From an uncultured Sphingomonas sp. (GTDB lineage: Bacteria; Pseudomonadota; Alphaproteobacteria; Sphingomonadales; Sphingomonadaceae): a stretch of DNA of 64,000 nt. Numbering within the stretch: the stretch's first letter is position 1; the number at the start of each line of letters is the position of its first letter. Under the pieces are notes generated by a model. It had not been told where the DNA came from, ran no database searches, and saw only the letters and a program-made list of their open reading frames with translations. The stretch is taken from NCBI GenBank assembly GCA_966424035.1, contig CBJLMA010000009.1:2275-66274 (forward strand), written 5' to 3'. Made by a program: the position numbers and the translations under genes. Positions 21,022 through 30,978 of this stretch are shown in pieces.

Positions 21022-21546
21022 TTAATTTTCCTCTTTGCGCCCTTTCAACCCGGCAAGGACTGCAAACGGGCTCGCCTGCTCCTGGGTCATCACTCCTGCT
21101 TCCCTCAGCGCGGCTTCCGCGCTTGCACTTCTTGGATAGGGATCGAGACTGAGCGCAAGCGTATCGGCGAGCGCGCTGCCGAGGTCGATGACTGCGCCAT
21201 CATGGAATAAAGTGTCGCAGTCGACTTCGCCGAGCTCGACCTCCTCGTCGGGGCGGCCGGTCGGAGGCTCGGGCATGAACAGTAGAGCGAACGGCTCGTC
21301 GACGTGGGCCGCGACGGGATCGCCAGTGACGACGCAGTGCTGGTCAACCGACGCGAGCAGCCTTCCCTCCGCACGAACAATTGCGCCTGTGCGCGATAGT
21401 GTCACATGCGCTTCGAGCCGCTCCAGAGAAGGCAGGCCGAGCCGCCTTGCAATTTGGCGGCACTCGGCCTCGTCGGCAGCGAGGTCGAGCCGCTCGCCGT
21501 CGCGGATCTGATCGAGCCGGAGCTGGTGGGCAAAGCGGTCGTTCAT
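21022..21546 (-). CDS. YceD/DUF177 family protein
   Basis: CVVTGDP, IDLG...LALSLDPYPR, SPFAVLAGLK. Confidence 0.88.
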   Translation of the reverse strand: MNDRFAHQLRLDQIRDGERLDLAADEAECRQIARRLGLPSLERLEAHVTLSRTGAIVRAEGRLLASVDQHCVVTGDPVAAHVDEPFALLFMPEPPTGRPDEEVELGEVDCDTLFHDGAVIDLGSALADTLALSLDPYPRSASAEAALREAGVMTQEQASPFAVLAGLKGRKEEN

Positions 21547-22055
21547 TGCATGGTGCCCTGTCCGAGCTCGACGAGCGAGCTCGCGCGGAGCCGTTCAAAA
21601 AGCTGCTTCAGCGCTTGAGCGCTATGCGCCAGCGACTCTTGGGCGATATCTTGCCTATAGAGGCTTTCCAGCGTCGCTTTAACCCAATCGCGCTCACCTC
21701 GGCTCACCGACCGCCACAATTCGGTGCGCTTCGCGAGGATGCTGACCAGTTTTCGCACGGTTCGTCCAAGCGTCGGGTCGCCCACGCCGAGCTCACGATG
21801 TTCGCTCTCCATCACTTCGATAAACCGTTCGGTCAGCGCTACGGATGCGCGATTGCCGGAATCCCCTTCCCGCTCGAGCCGCAGCAAAGCGAGCGCGATC
21901 AAGGTTGATAGCACTGCAAAGCGGCCATCGAGCGTGTCCGGAACATGCCCTTCAACATACCAATGGGGCCGGCGGGCCTCAGTGGTCAGTGCTGCAAACA
22001 GCGCCGCGCCGCGCGCCGGCTCGGCCGTTAATCCCCGGAACAGGAACTTCAGCAT
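21543..22055 (-). CDS. Ubiquinol-cytochrome c chaperone (Cbp3) family protein
   Basis: VPDTLDGRF, RELGVGD motifs; typical position divergent from bamE. Confidence 0.85.
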   Translation of the reverse strand: MLKFLFRGLTAEPARGAALFAALTTEARRPHWYVEGHVPDTLDGRFAVLSTLIALALLRLEREGDSGNRASVALTERFIEVMESEHRELGVGDPTLGRTVRKLVSILAKRTELWRSVSRGERDWVKATLESLYRQDIAQESLAHSAQALKQLFERLRASSLVELGQGTMQ

Positions 22056-22160
22056 AGGTCCTTCTTTGAGGAGCATTGTCTTGCGTCGCTCCCAGCGTCC
22101 CGCATATTGAGGCCGGCGAAGCCGCAGACAAGGCGGCAATCCAAACGAAGGTTCCCTTAA

Positions 22161-22625
22161 ATGAAGCTTGGCGGATTGAAGACGGCGATACTCCTCGGCA
22201 CGGTGGCGCTCGCCGGCTGCTCACAGATTCGCCAGCACAAGGGGGTCGTGCTGGATCCGCAGCTTGCGAGCGCGATCCAGCCGGGCGTCGACAATAAGGA
22301 TTCGGTCGAAAAGTCGCTCGGCCGGCCGAGCTTCATCGGCCAGTTCACGCCCAATGACTGGTATTATGTCTCGCGCGACGTGAACGACGTCGCCTTCCGC
22401 AATCCCAAGGTCGTCAAGCAAACCGTGCTCATCGTCCGCTTCGATCAGAAAGGTAATGTCGCTTCGGTCCAGCGCACCGGAAAGGAGCTGGTGTTGAACG
22501 TGGATCCGACGAAACGCAGCACTCCAACCTTGGGCCGCAAACGCAGCTTCTTCGAGGAGCTCTTCGGCAACATTGGCACCGTCGGCTCGGGCGGACTTGG
22601 AGGTTCGCAGAACCCCGGCTCCTGA
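22161..22625 (+). CDS. bamE: Outer membrane protein assembly factor BamE
   Basis: Lipobox LAGC; LGRPS...WYYVS...FD..G.V. Confidence 0.9.
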   Translation: MKLGGLKTAILLGTVALAGCSQIRQHKGVVLDPQLASAIQPGVDNKDSVEKSLGRPSFIGQFTPNDWYYVSRDVNDVAFRNPKVVKQTVLIVRFDQKGNVASVQRTGKELVLNVDPTKRSTPTLGRKRSFFEELFGNIGTVGSGGLGGSQNPGS

Positions 22626-22673
22626 CGGCTTGAGCGGCTTCCTAGCCGCACCTGTTTCGCTTAAGCCGCAGGA

Positions 22674-23441
22674 ATGACTGCGACGCCTGCCGGCATGACC
22701 TATGCCGATTATCTAAAGCTCGACCAGCTCCTCGGAGCGCAGCAGCCGCTGTCGGACCTTCACGACGAAATGCTGTTCATCGTCATCCATCAGACCAAGG
22801 AGCTGTGGATGAAAGAGCTGCTGCACGAGCTTCGTTTCGCAATCGCGCTCGTGACTGGGGATCGCTTCGCCGAAGCCTATAAGGCGATGGCCCGAATCAG
22901 CCGGATTCAGGCTGTCATGACCCTCTCATGGGACGTGCTTTCGACGCTGACACCCGTCGACTATCTGAAGTTTCGGAACGTCCTTGGCACCTCTTCGGGC
23001 TTTCAGTCCGAGCAGTTCCGGGAAATCGAGTTCCGGCTCGGCCTAAAGGAGCCGAATTTCATCAATCATTATGAGGAAGGCAGCCGCGAACGGGCAGCTC
23101 TTGAGAAGGCCCTGGTCGAACCGAGCCTGCGCGAGTCGGCGCTCGCTGCGCTTGAGCGTGCCGGCTTCGAGCTTGGCGACCGTTCGGTGGAAGCGCTCAG
23201 CGCGGCCTGGCTCCAAGTCTATCGCGACGCAGAACGCTGGTTCGACCTGTACGAGCTTGCCGAAAAGCTGGTCGATATCGATGACGCGCTCGCCGCTTGG
23301 CGGCACAAGCATGTGCTGACGGTGGAGCGGATCATCGGCAACAAACCAGGCACGGGCGGTTCGGCCGGTGCTCCCTACCTGCGCGCCACGTTGGAGAAGC
23401 GCGTCTTCCCTGAGCTGTGGTCGCTGAGGACCGCTCTTTGA
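22674..23441 (+). CDS. kynA: Tryptophan 2,3-dioxygenase
   Basis: YADYLKLDQLL, HDEMLFIVIHQTKELW, SSGFQS, GTGGS. Confidence 0.95.
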   Translation: MTATPAGMTYADYLKLDQLLGAQQPLSDLHDEMLFIVIHQTKELWMKELLHELRFAIALVTGDRFAEAYKAMARISRIQAVMTLSWDVLSTLTPVDYLKFRNVLGTSSGFQSEQFREIEFRLGLKEPNFINHYEEGSRERAALEKALVEPSLRESALAALERAGFELGDRSVEALSAAWLQVYRDAERWFDLYELAEKLVDIDDALAAWRHKHVLTVERIIGNKPGTGGSAGAPYLRATLEKRVFPELWSLRTAL

Positions 23442-24601
23442 ACTTCAAGGCGCTGTTCAGCCGAAGCTTGGGAGCCGATCCCGGGCGCCTGCATTTCGCC
23501 GCACACAGCCACCACCTCTGGCCCGACGCCAGCTTCCGCGGCCACGTCCAGGCGTGGGAGGATGCGGCGCGGCTCGCCGACCGCAAATGGGACAGGGTGA
23601 TGGACGAGGTCTGGTCGCAGGCACAGACCGAAGTTGCGGCCGAGCTCGTCACCGATCAGCCGGAGGCGATCCTATTCGCGCCGAACACGCATGAGCTGCT
23701 CGTGCGCCTATTCTTCGCGGCATGCCCCGGCCGGCCCAGGCGGGTGCTCACCAGCGAGGGCGAGTTCCATAGCGCGCGGCGACAGCTGGCGCGATGGGAA
23801 GAGGCTGGTGCAGCGAGGGTTGAACGCGTTCCGGTTGAACCCTTCGACAGCTTCTCCGACCGTTTTTTGGACCGCGCCTATAGCGGCGCGCACGATTTCA
23901 TCTTCGTCAGCCAGCTGCTCTTCGGAAACGGCCGCATCTTCAATCGTGTCGAGGAGCTGGCTGCACTGGCGAAGCCCGACGGGCCGTGGATCGTGGTGGA
24001 CGGCTACCATGCATTCATGGCCCTCGATCGGCCGTTCGGCCAAAGCGCTGCCAGGACTGCGTTCTATCTCGGCGGCGGATATAAATATGCGATGGCCGGG
24101 GAGGGCTGCGCATTCATGCATGCGCCGCCCGGTTTCGGCGAGCGCCCGCAGATAACCGGCTGGTTCGCCGAGTTCGAGGATTTGAGCCTGCCTCCGGGCA
24201 GCGTAGGCTATGCCAAGGACGCGTCCCGGTTTCTCGGCGCCACCTTCGATCCGTCGGGCCTCTACCGCTTCATCGCCGTGCGAACGATGCTTGCGGAGAA
24301 CGGCCTCACCACCAAGAGCATCTCCGACTATTGCAAGGCATTGCAGCGGCATTTGCTCGGAGCGGTCGGTGCAACGGCGCTTGCCAAAGCCGAACTGCTC
24401 AATCCGCTCGACGGAGACAGTGGCCAACACGCCCGCTTCCTCGCCTTCCGTAGCCCCAACGCGCAGCGCTGGCACGCCGAGCTGAAGACAAAGGGCTGCA
24501 TCACCGACGTACGCGGCGACGTGCTTCGGATCGGTTTTGCAATCTACCAGGATCAAGCCGACGTTAATCGTCTGGTTCAGCTGCTGGGGGGACTCAAATG
24601 A
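23438..24601 (+). CDS. Kynureninase-like class V PLP enzyme
   Basis: HFAAHSH, VVDGYH, GGGYKY (PLP lysine), GWF; translationally coupled to kynA. Confidence 0.8.
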   Translation: MNFKALFSRSLGADPGRLHFAAHSHHLWPDASFRGHVQAWEDAARLADRKWDRVMDEVWSQAQTEVAAELVTDQPEAILFAPNTHELLVRLFFAACPGRPRRVLTSEGEFHSARRQLARWEEAGAARVERVPVEPFDSFSDRFLDRAYSGAHDFIFVSQLLFGNGRIFNRVEELAALAKPDGPWIVVDGYHAFMALDRPFGQSAARTAFYLGGGYKYAMAGEGCAFMHAPPGFGERPQITGWFAEFEDLSLPPGSVGYAKDASRFLGATFDPSGLYRFIAVRTMLAENGLTTKSISDYCKALQRHLLGAVGATALAKAELLNPLDGDSGQHARFLAFRSPNAQRWHAELKTKGCITDVRGDVLRIGFAIYQDQADVNRLVQLLGGLK

Positions 24602-25860
24602 CCGATGGCCTCGCGCAGCAGCAACGGCGCGCGCCCTTAGTTCTCACACTGCTGCTCATCGCTTATATTTTCAACTTTCTCGACCGCCAGATCCTTGGAA
24701 TTCTCGCCCAGCCGATCAAGGCCGACCTTAATCTAAGCGATACCCAGTTCGGCGCCATTGGCGGACTTGCCTTCGCGCTTCTCTATTCCGTGCTCGGGAT
24801 CCCGCTCGCCTATATTGCGGACAGGACCAGTCGGAGCGGCGTAATCGCGGTCGCGCTCGCCTTCTGGAGCGGTTTTACGGCACTTTGCGGGACCGCCCAC
24901 ACATATGGGCAACTGTTCCTATTCCGGCTCGGCGTCGGCGTTGGTGAAGCAGGCGGCGTTGCTCCCTCCTACGCACTGATCGCTGATTATTTTCCGCCCG
25001 AGCGCCGGGCGCGGGCGCTTGCGATCTTCTCGCTCGGAATTCCGCTCGGCCTCGCCGCCGGCACCCTTATCGGCGCCTATATCGCGCACGCGGTCAACTG
25101 GCGCGCGGCGTTCCTGGCGATGGGTCTGGCCGGCATCCTGCTCGCTCCGTTGTTGCGATTAGTCGTCCGCGACGTGCCGCGACCCACGGCCGCATTTGCG
25201 CAAGCACCGCTCGCCAGCGTGTTCGGGATGCTCGCGCGGAAGCCTGCCTTCTGGCTGCTGGCCTTCGCTTCATCGGCCAGTTCGCTGTGTGGCTATGGGC
25301 TTGCCTTGTGGACACCATCAGTGGTGATGCGCAGCTTCGGCCTCGATCTCATCTCGACTGCCAATTTTCTTGCCTCGATCCTCTTGATCGGCGGCTGCGC
25401 GGGGGTCTTCGCCGGCGGCTGGCTTGCCGACCGCCTCGGCCACGGTGATCGGGGCTGGTATGCGAAGCTTCCCGCCCTCGCCTGGCTGATCAGTGCGCCG
25501 GCCTGGGCTGTGGGACTGATGACTCCCAATCTCTGGGCCGTTTGGCCGCTCCTGCTGATTGGCAATGCGCTCAACATTTTGTGGCTGGGTCCAGTCACGA
25601 CCGCAGTTCAGCATCTCGTACCGCGGTCCATGCGCTCGACCGCTTCGGCGAGTTTCCTGCTGATCAACAATTTGATTGGCCTCGGCGCCGGGCCGCTGTT
25701 CATTGGCCACATCTCCGATCTTCTGAAGAAGAGCTACGGCATTGAATCGCTGCGCTATGCCGCAGTTGGGAGCACGGCCTTCTACTTGCTCGCCGCTGCG
25801 CTGATGCTGATCGCGATCAAGCACCTGCGTTCAGCTTGGGTGGATGACGCAACTATCTGA
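24598..25860 (+). CDS. MFS transporter (spinster family)
   Basis: FNFLDRQIL, GVGVGEAG...LIADYFPPERR; about 12 TM. Confidence 0.9.
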   Translation: MTDGLAQQQRRAPLVLTLLLIAYIFNFLDRQILGILAQPIKADLNLSDTQFGAIGGLAFALLYSVLGIPLAYIADRTSRSGVIAVALAFWSGFTALCGTAHTYGQLFLFRLGVGVGEAGGVAPSYALIADYFPPERRARALAIFSLGIPLGLAAGTLIGAYIAHAVNWRAAFLAMGLAGILLAPLLRLVVRDVPRPTAAFAQAPLASVFGMLARKPAFWLLAFASSASSLCGYGLALWTPSVVMRSFGLDLISTANFLASILLIGGCAGVFAGGWLADRLGHGDRGWYAKLPALAWLISAPAWAVGLMTPNLWAVWPLLLIGNALNILWLGPVTTAVQHLVPRSMRSTASASFLLINNLIGLGAGPLFIGHISDLLKKSYGIESLRYAAVGSTAFYLLAAALMLIAIKHLRSAWVDDATI

Positions 25861-25924
25861 ATAAACTGGAAATTTTAGGTTCATCCTAGTGCGCTAGTCC
25901 GCTGGTTTCTTGCCATCAGGCGTT

Positions 25925-25949
25925 GGAACGGCGCGGCGAACGGGCCGTT
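25925..25949 (+). promoter_or_regulatory. EcfG (general stress response sigma) promoter
   Basis: GGAAC-N16-CGTT, 26 bp upstream of the ATG at 25976. Confidence 0.75.
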
Positions 25950-25975
25950 TTGACGGTTCGAAAGGAGAATTTGCG

Positions 25976-27595
25976 ATGACCAGGCTGTTTCTCGCCGCGG
26001 GAGTCGCCGCTCTGGCGATTGCGAGCGCGGCTGCGGCTAAGCCCGGCGGGAATGGCGGCGGCGGCCCCCACGGTGGGGGCGGACCTCCGCAAATCCAGCA
26101 GCGCGGCGGTGGCGGCGGTGGCGGCCACGGCGGCGGTGGTCCAGCTGTCTTCATGGGCGGTGGCGGCGGCCACGGTCACGGCGGCGGTGGCGGTGGCGGT
26201 TTTGCTGCGCCGGCTTTCCGCGGCGGTGGCGGCGGTCACGGTGGCGGTGGCCGGGCGATCTTCATGGGCGGCGGCGGAGGTCGCGGCCACGGCGGCGGCT
26301 ACTATGCTGCTCCGGCCTTCAGGGGTGGAGGCGGTCATGGCCACGGCGGCGGATATGCTCCGCGCGCTTTCGCGGGCGGCGGTCATGGCCACGGCGGTGG
26401 ACATGCTCCGCGCGCTTTCGCGGGCGGCGGTCGCGGCCACGGCGGTGCGGCAATCCAGCGTCAGCAGGGTCGCAGCTTCGCTCGTCAGCAGGCGCGCGCC
26501 GCTCAACGTCGCCAGGGTCATGCCCTTGCCCGCGCGAGCGAGCGGCAACAGGCGCGCATGGCTGCGCGTCAGCAGGGCCGCGGGCTGGAACGCCAGCAGG
26601 CACGCGCGAACCAACAGCAGATCGGGCCCAATCGCATCGAGCAGGGCCAGAACCGCTTCGCTCAGGCGCAAGCGCTTCGTAACAATGGCGCGCAGCAGCT
26701 GCAGCGGGCCGGCGTGTCGAACGATGTCGTGAACTCGGAACGCAACGCGGTATTTCGTAATGCGGAGACAAGCTTCGCCGCCAACGGCACGCGCGGACTG
26801 ATCGATGGCTGCCCGCCGGGCCTGTGGATGAAGAACAACGGCTGCATGCCTCCTGGCCAGGCGGCGAAGCTGCTTGGCGTACCGCTTGCGACGGCCGCGG
26901 CCGCGGGGATCGTCCCACTGAGCATCCTTCCGCAGCCGATCAGTTACCTCTATCCTGATACGGCGGACTATTATTACCGCTACGGCGATGGCTATTTGTA
27001 TCAGGTCGATCGGAACAGTGCGCTGATCGACTCGATGTTGCCGCTGATTGGCGGCGGCTTCGTGCCGGGAACCTACCTGCCGGCGGCCTACATGGACAGC
27101 TACGTGCCGGACTATTACGGCTTCAATGCTTTCTATCCGGACTATGGCGACACCTGTTATCGCTACGGCTTCGGAGTGGTCTATGATACAGACTGCGGCA
27201 CCGGCTTCGTCGAGGATGTGATCCCGGTCTATGCGGGCGGCTATGGCGTGGGCCAGCTGCTGCCGTCGGCCTACAGCTACTACAACGTGCCGTATCAGTA
27301 CCGGACGCTCTATTACGACACTCCGGACTATAATTACTGGTATGCGCCTGGAGCCATCTATCAGGTCGATCCGCGCACCAGCATGATCACCTCTGTGGCG
27401 GCATTGATGTCTCCGGGCTTCACAATCGGCCAGCCGTTGCCAATGGGTTATGACGCATACAACGTGCCCTATGGCTATCGGGGGACCTACTACGACACCC
27501 CGACAGCATGGTACCGGTACAACAATGGCTACATCTACCAGGTCGACCCGACGACTATGCTGGTGACCGCGATCGTTGCATCGCTGCTCACCTGA
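25976..27595 (+). CDS. Secreted Gly/His-rich low-complexity protein with CPPGL motif and Tyr-rich RcnB-like repeats
   Basis: RBS AAAGGAG, signal peptide, GGGGHGHGGG repeats, Gln/Arg-rich segment, CPPGLWMKNNGCMPPGQA, four Y-x-Y-x-x-G-x-x-Y-x-x-D repeats. Confidence 0.85.
   Translation: MTRLFLAAGVAALAIASAAAAKPGGNGGGGPHGGGGPPQIQQRGGGGGGGHGGGGPAVFMGGGGGHGHGGGGGGGFAAPAFRGGGGGHGGGGRAIFMGGGGGRGHGGGYYAAPAFRGGGGHGHGGGYAPRAFAGGGHGHGGGHAPRAFAGGGRGHGGAAIQRQQGRSFARQQARAAQRRQGHALARASERQQARMAARQQGRGLERQQARANQQQIGPNRIEQGQNRFAQAQALRNNGAQQLQRAGVSNDVVNSERNAVFRNAETSFAANGTRGLIDGCPPGLWMKNNGCMPPGQAAKLLGVPLATAAAAGIVPLSILPQPISYLYPDTADYYYRYGDGYLYQVDRNSALIDSMLPLIGGGFVPGTYLPAAYMDSYVPDYYGFNAFYPDYGDTCYRYGFGVVYDTDCGTGFVEDVIPVYAGGYGVGQLLPSAYSYYNVPYQYRTLYYDTPDYNYWYAPGAIYQVDPRTSMITSVAALMSPGFTIGQPLPMGYDAYNVPYGYRGTYYDTPTAWYRYNNGYIYQVDPTTMLVTAIVASLLT
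26355..26447 (+). repeat. 48-bp in-frame tandem repeat (about 2 near-identical copies; further degenerate copies upstream)
   Basis: ATGCTCCGCGCGCTTTCGCGGGCGGCGGTC occurs at 26355 and 26403. Confidence 0.85.
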
Positions 27596-27623
27596 CCGGC
27601 GCATGACAAATGGCCTGGCTGTT

Positions 27624-27649
27624 GGAACCCAATCCGCAGCCGGGCCATT
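27624..27649 (+). promoter_or_regulatory. EcfG-type promoter upstream of the fasciclin gene
   Basis: GGAAC-N17-CATT, 25 bp before the ATG at 27675. Confidence 0.6.
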
Positions 27650-27674
27650 GCGTATCTGGAACAAGGAGGAATGC

Positions 27675-28283
27675 ATGAAAGGCCATGCGTTCGCGCTCGG
27701 CATCGGAGCCGCGGCGCTGCTCGCGCTCAGCGCGTGCAACAAGGAAAACAAGGGCCCGAACGGTGAGCCCAAGGCGCAAACCGAAAAGGCGCAGAAGGTC
27801 GCCGGGACCAAGACGATCGCCGCCGGCCTCGCGCCAAGCGGCCGGTTTATGGCTGCAGCCAAGGCAGCCGGTCTCGACCAGACGCTCGCGGGTCCAGGAC
27901 CTTACACCGTATTTGTGCCCGATGACGCTGCGTTCAGCAGCGCTCCGGCAGGCACGTTCGATAACAGTCCCAAGAATCGCCCGCAGCTGACGGCTATTCT
28001 CACCAACCTGATCCTGCAGGGGACGGTACTCGGTGCCGACATCGACAAGACGATTGATCGCGGCAAGGGCAAGGGCGTGCTCGCGACGATGGGCGGCGGA
28101 ACGCTGACTGCGACGAAGGAAGGCGGCAAGACGGTGCTGACGGACTCCGGCGGCCACAAGGCAACGATCACTGGCGCTGACGAAATGTACACCAATGGAG
28201 TCGTCCACCACATTGACGCGGTGCTGATGCCTTCGAAGGCTGCCACCCGACCCGCGGTCGGCCAGAAAGTCGGCAGGAAATAG
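27675..28283 (+). CDS. Fasciclin (FAS1) domain lipoprotein
   Basis: RBS AAGGAGG, lipobox LSAC, GPYTVFVPDDAAF, NGVVHHIDAVLMP. Confidence 0.92.
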   Translation: MKGHAFALGIGAAALLALSACNKENKGPNGEPKAQTEKAQKVAGTKTIAAGLAPSGRFMAAAKAAGLDQTLAGPGPYTVFVPDDAAFSSAPAGTFDNSPKNRPQLTAILTNLILQGTVLGADIDKTIDRGKGKGVLATMGGGTLTATKEGGKTVLTDSGGHKATITGADEMYTNGVVHHIDAVLMPSKAATRPAVGQKVGRK

Positions 28284-28411
28284 CGCTATATCTTGTGCCC
28301 CTTGGGGCGATTCCAAGCCAGATGCAGCTTTCCGCATCATTCCACTTCCGTGTGCCAAACGGCTCGCTATAACATCCGTCCAACGCGTGCGGATGATGGG
28401 GCTTTGGCGAC

Positions 28412-29515
28412 ATGAAAGCGACGATTGAGCGGGCAACTCTCCTCAAGAGCCTGGGTCATGTCCAGTCGGTCGTGGAGCGCAGGAACACGATCCCGATCCT
28501 CTCCAATGTGCTGATCGAGGCGCGAGAGGACGGATCGCTGCGGCTGATGGCGACCGACCTCGATCTTCAGGTCGACGAGACCGTCCAGGCCAATGTCAGC
28601 CAGCCGGGCGCGACAACGGTTTCGGCGCACACCTTTTTCGACATTGTCCGCAAGCTCCCCGAGGGCAGCCAGGTTGAGCTGACCGCGGCCGAGGGCAAAA
28701 TGCAGGTCCTCGCCGGCCGCTCGCGCTTCAACCTGTCGACGCTCCCTCGTGACGATTTCCCGGTTATTGCCGAAGGCGAGCTGCCGACGCGGTTCGAGCT
28801 TCCCGCAGCGACGCTCCGCCAGATCATCGAGAAGACGCGCTTCGCAATCTCGAGCGAGGAGACGCGTTACTATCTGATGGGCATCTTCCTCCACGTGATC
28901 GACGACCAGATGCGCGCAGCTGCGACCGACGGTCACCGGCTCGCCCGAGTAACCGTGGCTAAGCCCGATGGCGCTGACGGAATGCCTGACGTGATTGTAC
29001 CGCGAAAGGCAGTGACAGAGCTTTATCGCTTGCTCGAGGAGCTCGAAGGGACCGTCGAGATTTCGCTGTCATCGACAAAGATCCGCTTCGGCCTCGGCAG
29101 CGCGATTCTCACCAGCAAGCTGATCGACGGGACCTTTCCGGATTATAACCGCGTCATCCCCACCGCAAACGACAAGCTGCTGAAGCTCGACCCGAAGAGC
29201 TTTTCGGCCGGCGTCGATCGGGTGTCGACGATTGCCAGCGAAAAGACACGTGCGGTGAAGATGAGCGTCGACCGCGACAAGGTGACTTTGTCGGTGACCT
29301 CGCCCGAGAACGGCGTCGCGACCGAGGAGCTTCCCGCCGACTATGGCTCCGAAGGGCTCGAGATCGGCTTCAATGCTCGGTACCTGCTCGACATCCTGGG
29401 TGAGATCGACGGCGACACGGTCGAGGTCCACCTCGCGGATGCTGCCGCGCCCACGCTGCTTCGCGAGAACGACAAGTCCAATGCGCTTTACGTGCTGATG
29501 CCGATGCGCGTGTAA
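28412..29515 (+). CDS. dnaN: DNA polymerase III beta clamp
   Basis: TIPILSNV, ATDGHRL, LIDGTFPDY, VLMPMRV. Confidence 0.98.
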   Translation: MKATIERATLLKSLGHVQSVVERRNTIPILSNVLIEAREDGSLRLMATDLDLQVDETVQANVSQPGATTVSAHTFFDIVRKLPEGSQVELTAAEGKMQVLAGRSRFNLSTLPRDDFPVIAEGELPTRFELPAATLRQIIEKTRFAISSEETRYYLMGIFLHVIDDQMRAAATDGHRLARVTVAKPDGADGMPDVIVPRKAVTELYRLLEELEGTVEISLSSTKIRFGLGSAILTSKLIDGTFPDYNRVIPTANDKLLKLDPKSFSAGVDRVSTIASEKTRAVKMSVDRDKVTLSVTSPENGVATEELPADYGSEGLEIGFNARYLLDILGEIDGDTVEVHLADAAAPTLLRENDKSNALYVLMPMRV

Positions 29516-29588
29516 TCGGCTTGAAAAGATTGCGAGCACAAAGCCATCGAACCTGTTGGACTGTGAACCATTATCCAGTTTGTGCACG

Positions 29589-29906
29589 ATGATCTGCCGG
29601 CTGTGGCGCGGGTGGACGACGCCGGAGAATGCCGAAGCTTACCAGCGGATCGTGCACACCGAGGTGATCCCCGGCATCGAGGCACGGAAGATTCCGGGCT
29701 TTCGCCACATCGATTTGATGAAGCGGGACCTGGGACATGAAGTCGAATTCCAGACATTGATGTGGTTCGACAGCCTTGCTGCAATCAAGGCGTTCATGGG
29801 CGAGGACTACAGCATCAGCCACGTGCCGCCTCAGGCTCGGGCGGTGCTCAGACGCTTCGATGAGCATGCAGCCCATTACGAAGTGATCGACCGCCGCGAA
29901 CAATAG
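29589..29906 (+). CDS. Antibiotic biosynthesis monooxygenase-like (dimeric alpha/beta barrel) protein
   Basis: MICRLWRGWT...FDSLAAIKAFMGEDY...HYEV. Confidence 0.8.
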   Translation: MICRLWRGWTTPENAEAYQRIVHTEVIPGIEARKIPGFRHIDLMKRDLGHEVEFQTLMWFDSLAAIKAFMGEDYSISHVPPQARAVLRRFDEHAAHYEVIDRREQ

Positions 29907-29922
29907 CGGCTAGACGGCGTCG

Positions 29923-30978
29923 GTGCCCGTCAGCCGCCTCACCCTGACCGATTTTCGCTCCTACGCTTCGGTGACGATCGAGCCGGGCGAAGGTTTCGTG
30001 CTGCTGTTCGGCGAGAACGGTGCGGGCAAGACGAACCTGCTCGAAGCCCTGTCGATGCTGGCTCCGGGCCGCGGCCTGCGGGGTGCATCGCCGCCGGAAA
30101 TGGCGCGGCAGGGCGGGAGCGGCGCCTGGGCCGTGGCTGCGAAGCTGGGCGAGATCGACATCGGCACCGGCACGCTGATAAACGCGCCGGAGCGACGGAA
30201 GGTACGGGTCAACGGCGCCGCCGCGCCGGTAAATTCGCTCGGCGAGTGGCTCTCGGTGTTGTGGCTGACCCCGGCGATGGACCGACTCTTCACCGGGAGT
30301 GCGGGCGAGCGGCGGCGATTCCTCGATCGGCTGGTGCTCGCGATCGAGCCGGGCCACGCCCACCACGCCGCTCGCTACGAGGCGGCGATGCGCGCTCGAA
30401 ATAAGCTGCTTGGAGAAGGATCTTGGGACGAGGCCTGGCTCACCGCGCTGGAGCTGGCGATGGCTGAGCATGGTACCAGGATCGCCGAAGCCCGCGCGCG
30501 CAGCGTGGCGGCACTCGATGCTCAGCTCGCACAGGCACCCGAGGACGAATTCGCGCGCGCGGCGATCGGGCTCGATGGCTGGGCAGGAGGCGACCTTGCG
30601 TCTGCGCTGAAGGCCAATCGCTCCAGCGATGCCACCGCTGGGCGCGCGACCGAGGGCCCGCATCGGCAGGATCTCGCCGTACAGCATCGCACCAAGCGCA
30701 TACCGGCCGCCCAATCCTCGACCGGAGAGCAAAAGGCGCTGCTGCTCGGGCTCGTGCTCGCCCACGCGGATCTTGTTGCAGAACGCCGTGGCGAGCCTCC
30801 TATCCTGCTCGCGGATGAAGTTGCTGCGCATCTCGACCCGAAGCGCCGCACGGCGCTGTTCGCGCGGCTCGAAGGTCGCGGGCAGGTGTGGATGACGGCC
30901 ACCGAAGCATCGCTGTTCGAGGGCATCGGCGCTGCGTCGCGCTTCCTCGTTCAGCCGGGGCAGGTCGGTCCGGTCTGA
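29923..30978 (+). CDS. recF: DNA replication/repair protein RecF
   Basis: [38 protein letters not shown]. Confidence 0.96.
   Translation: MPVSRLTLTDFRSYASVTIEPGEGFVLLFGENGAGKTNLLEALSMLAPGRGLRGASPPEMARQGGSGAWAVAAKLGEIDIGTGTLINAPERRKVRVNGAAAPVNSLGEWLSVLWLTPAMDRLFTGSAGERRRFLDRLVLAIEPGHAHHAARYEAAMRARNKLLGEGSWDEAWLTALELAMAEHGTRIAEARARSVAALDAQLAQAPEDEFARAAIGLDGWAGGDLASALKANRSSDATAGRATEGPHRQDLAVQHRTKRIPAAQSSTGEQKALLLGLVLAHADLVAERRGEPPILLADEVAAHLDPKRRTALFARLEGRGQVWMTATEASLFEGIGAASRFLVQPGQVGPV

Noticed and set aside
26040-26450. GGC-rich repeats as a possible CRISPR array or non-coding repeat
   Set aside because: They are in-frame Gly/His codon repeats with no unique spacers and no cas genes.
25916-27862. 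648-aa minus-strand ORF and the many other long antisense or shifted ORFs in the track (e.g. 13656-14777, 29848-31200, 32551-33762, 61561-63381)
   Set aside because: Shadow ORFs of well-supported genes in high-GC DNA, with no recognisable motifs.
29561-29590. DnaA-box-like 9-mers after dnaN, suggesting oriC
   Set aside because: Each has two mismatches, the gap is only about 70 bp, there is no AT-rich unwinding element and no dnaA nearby.
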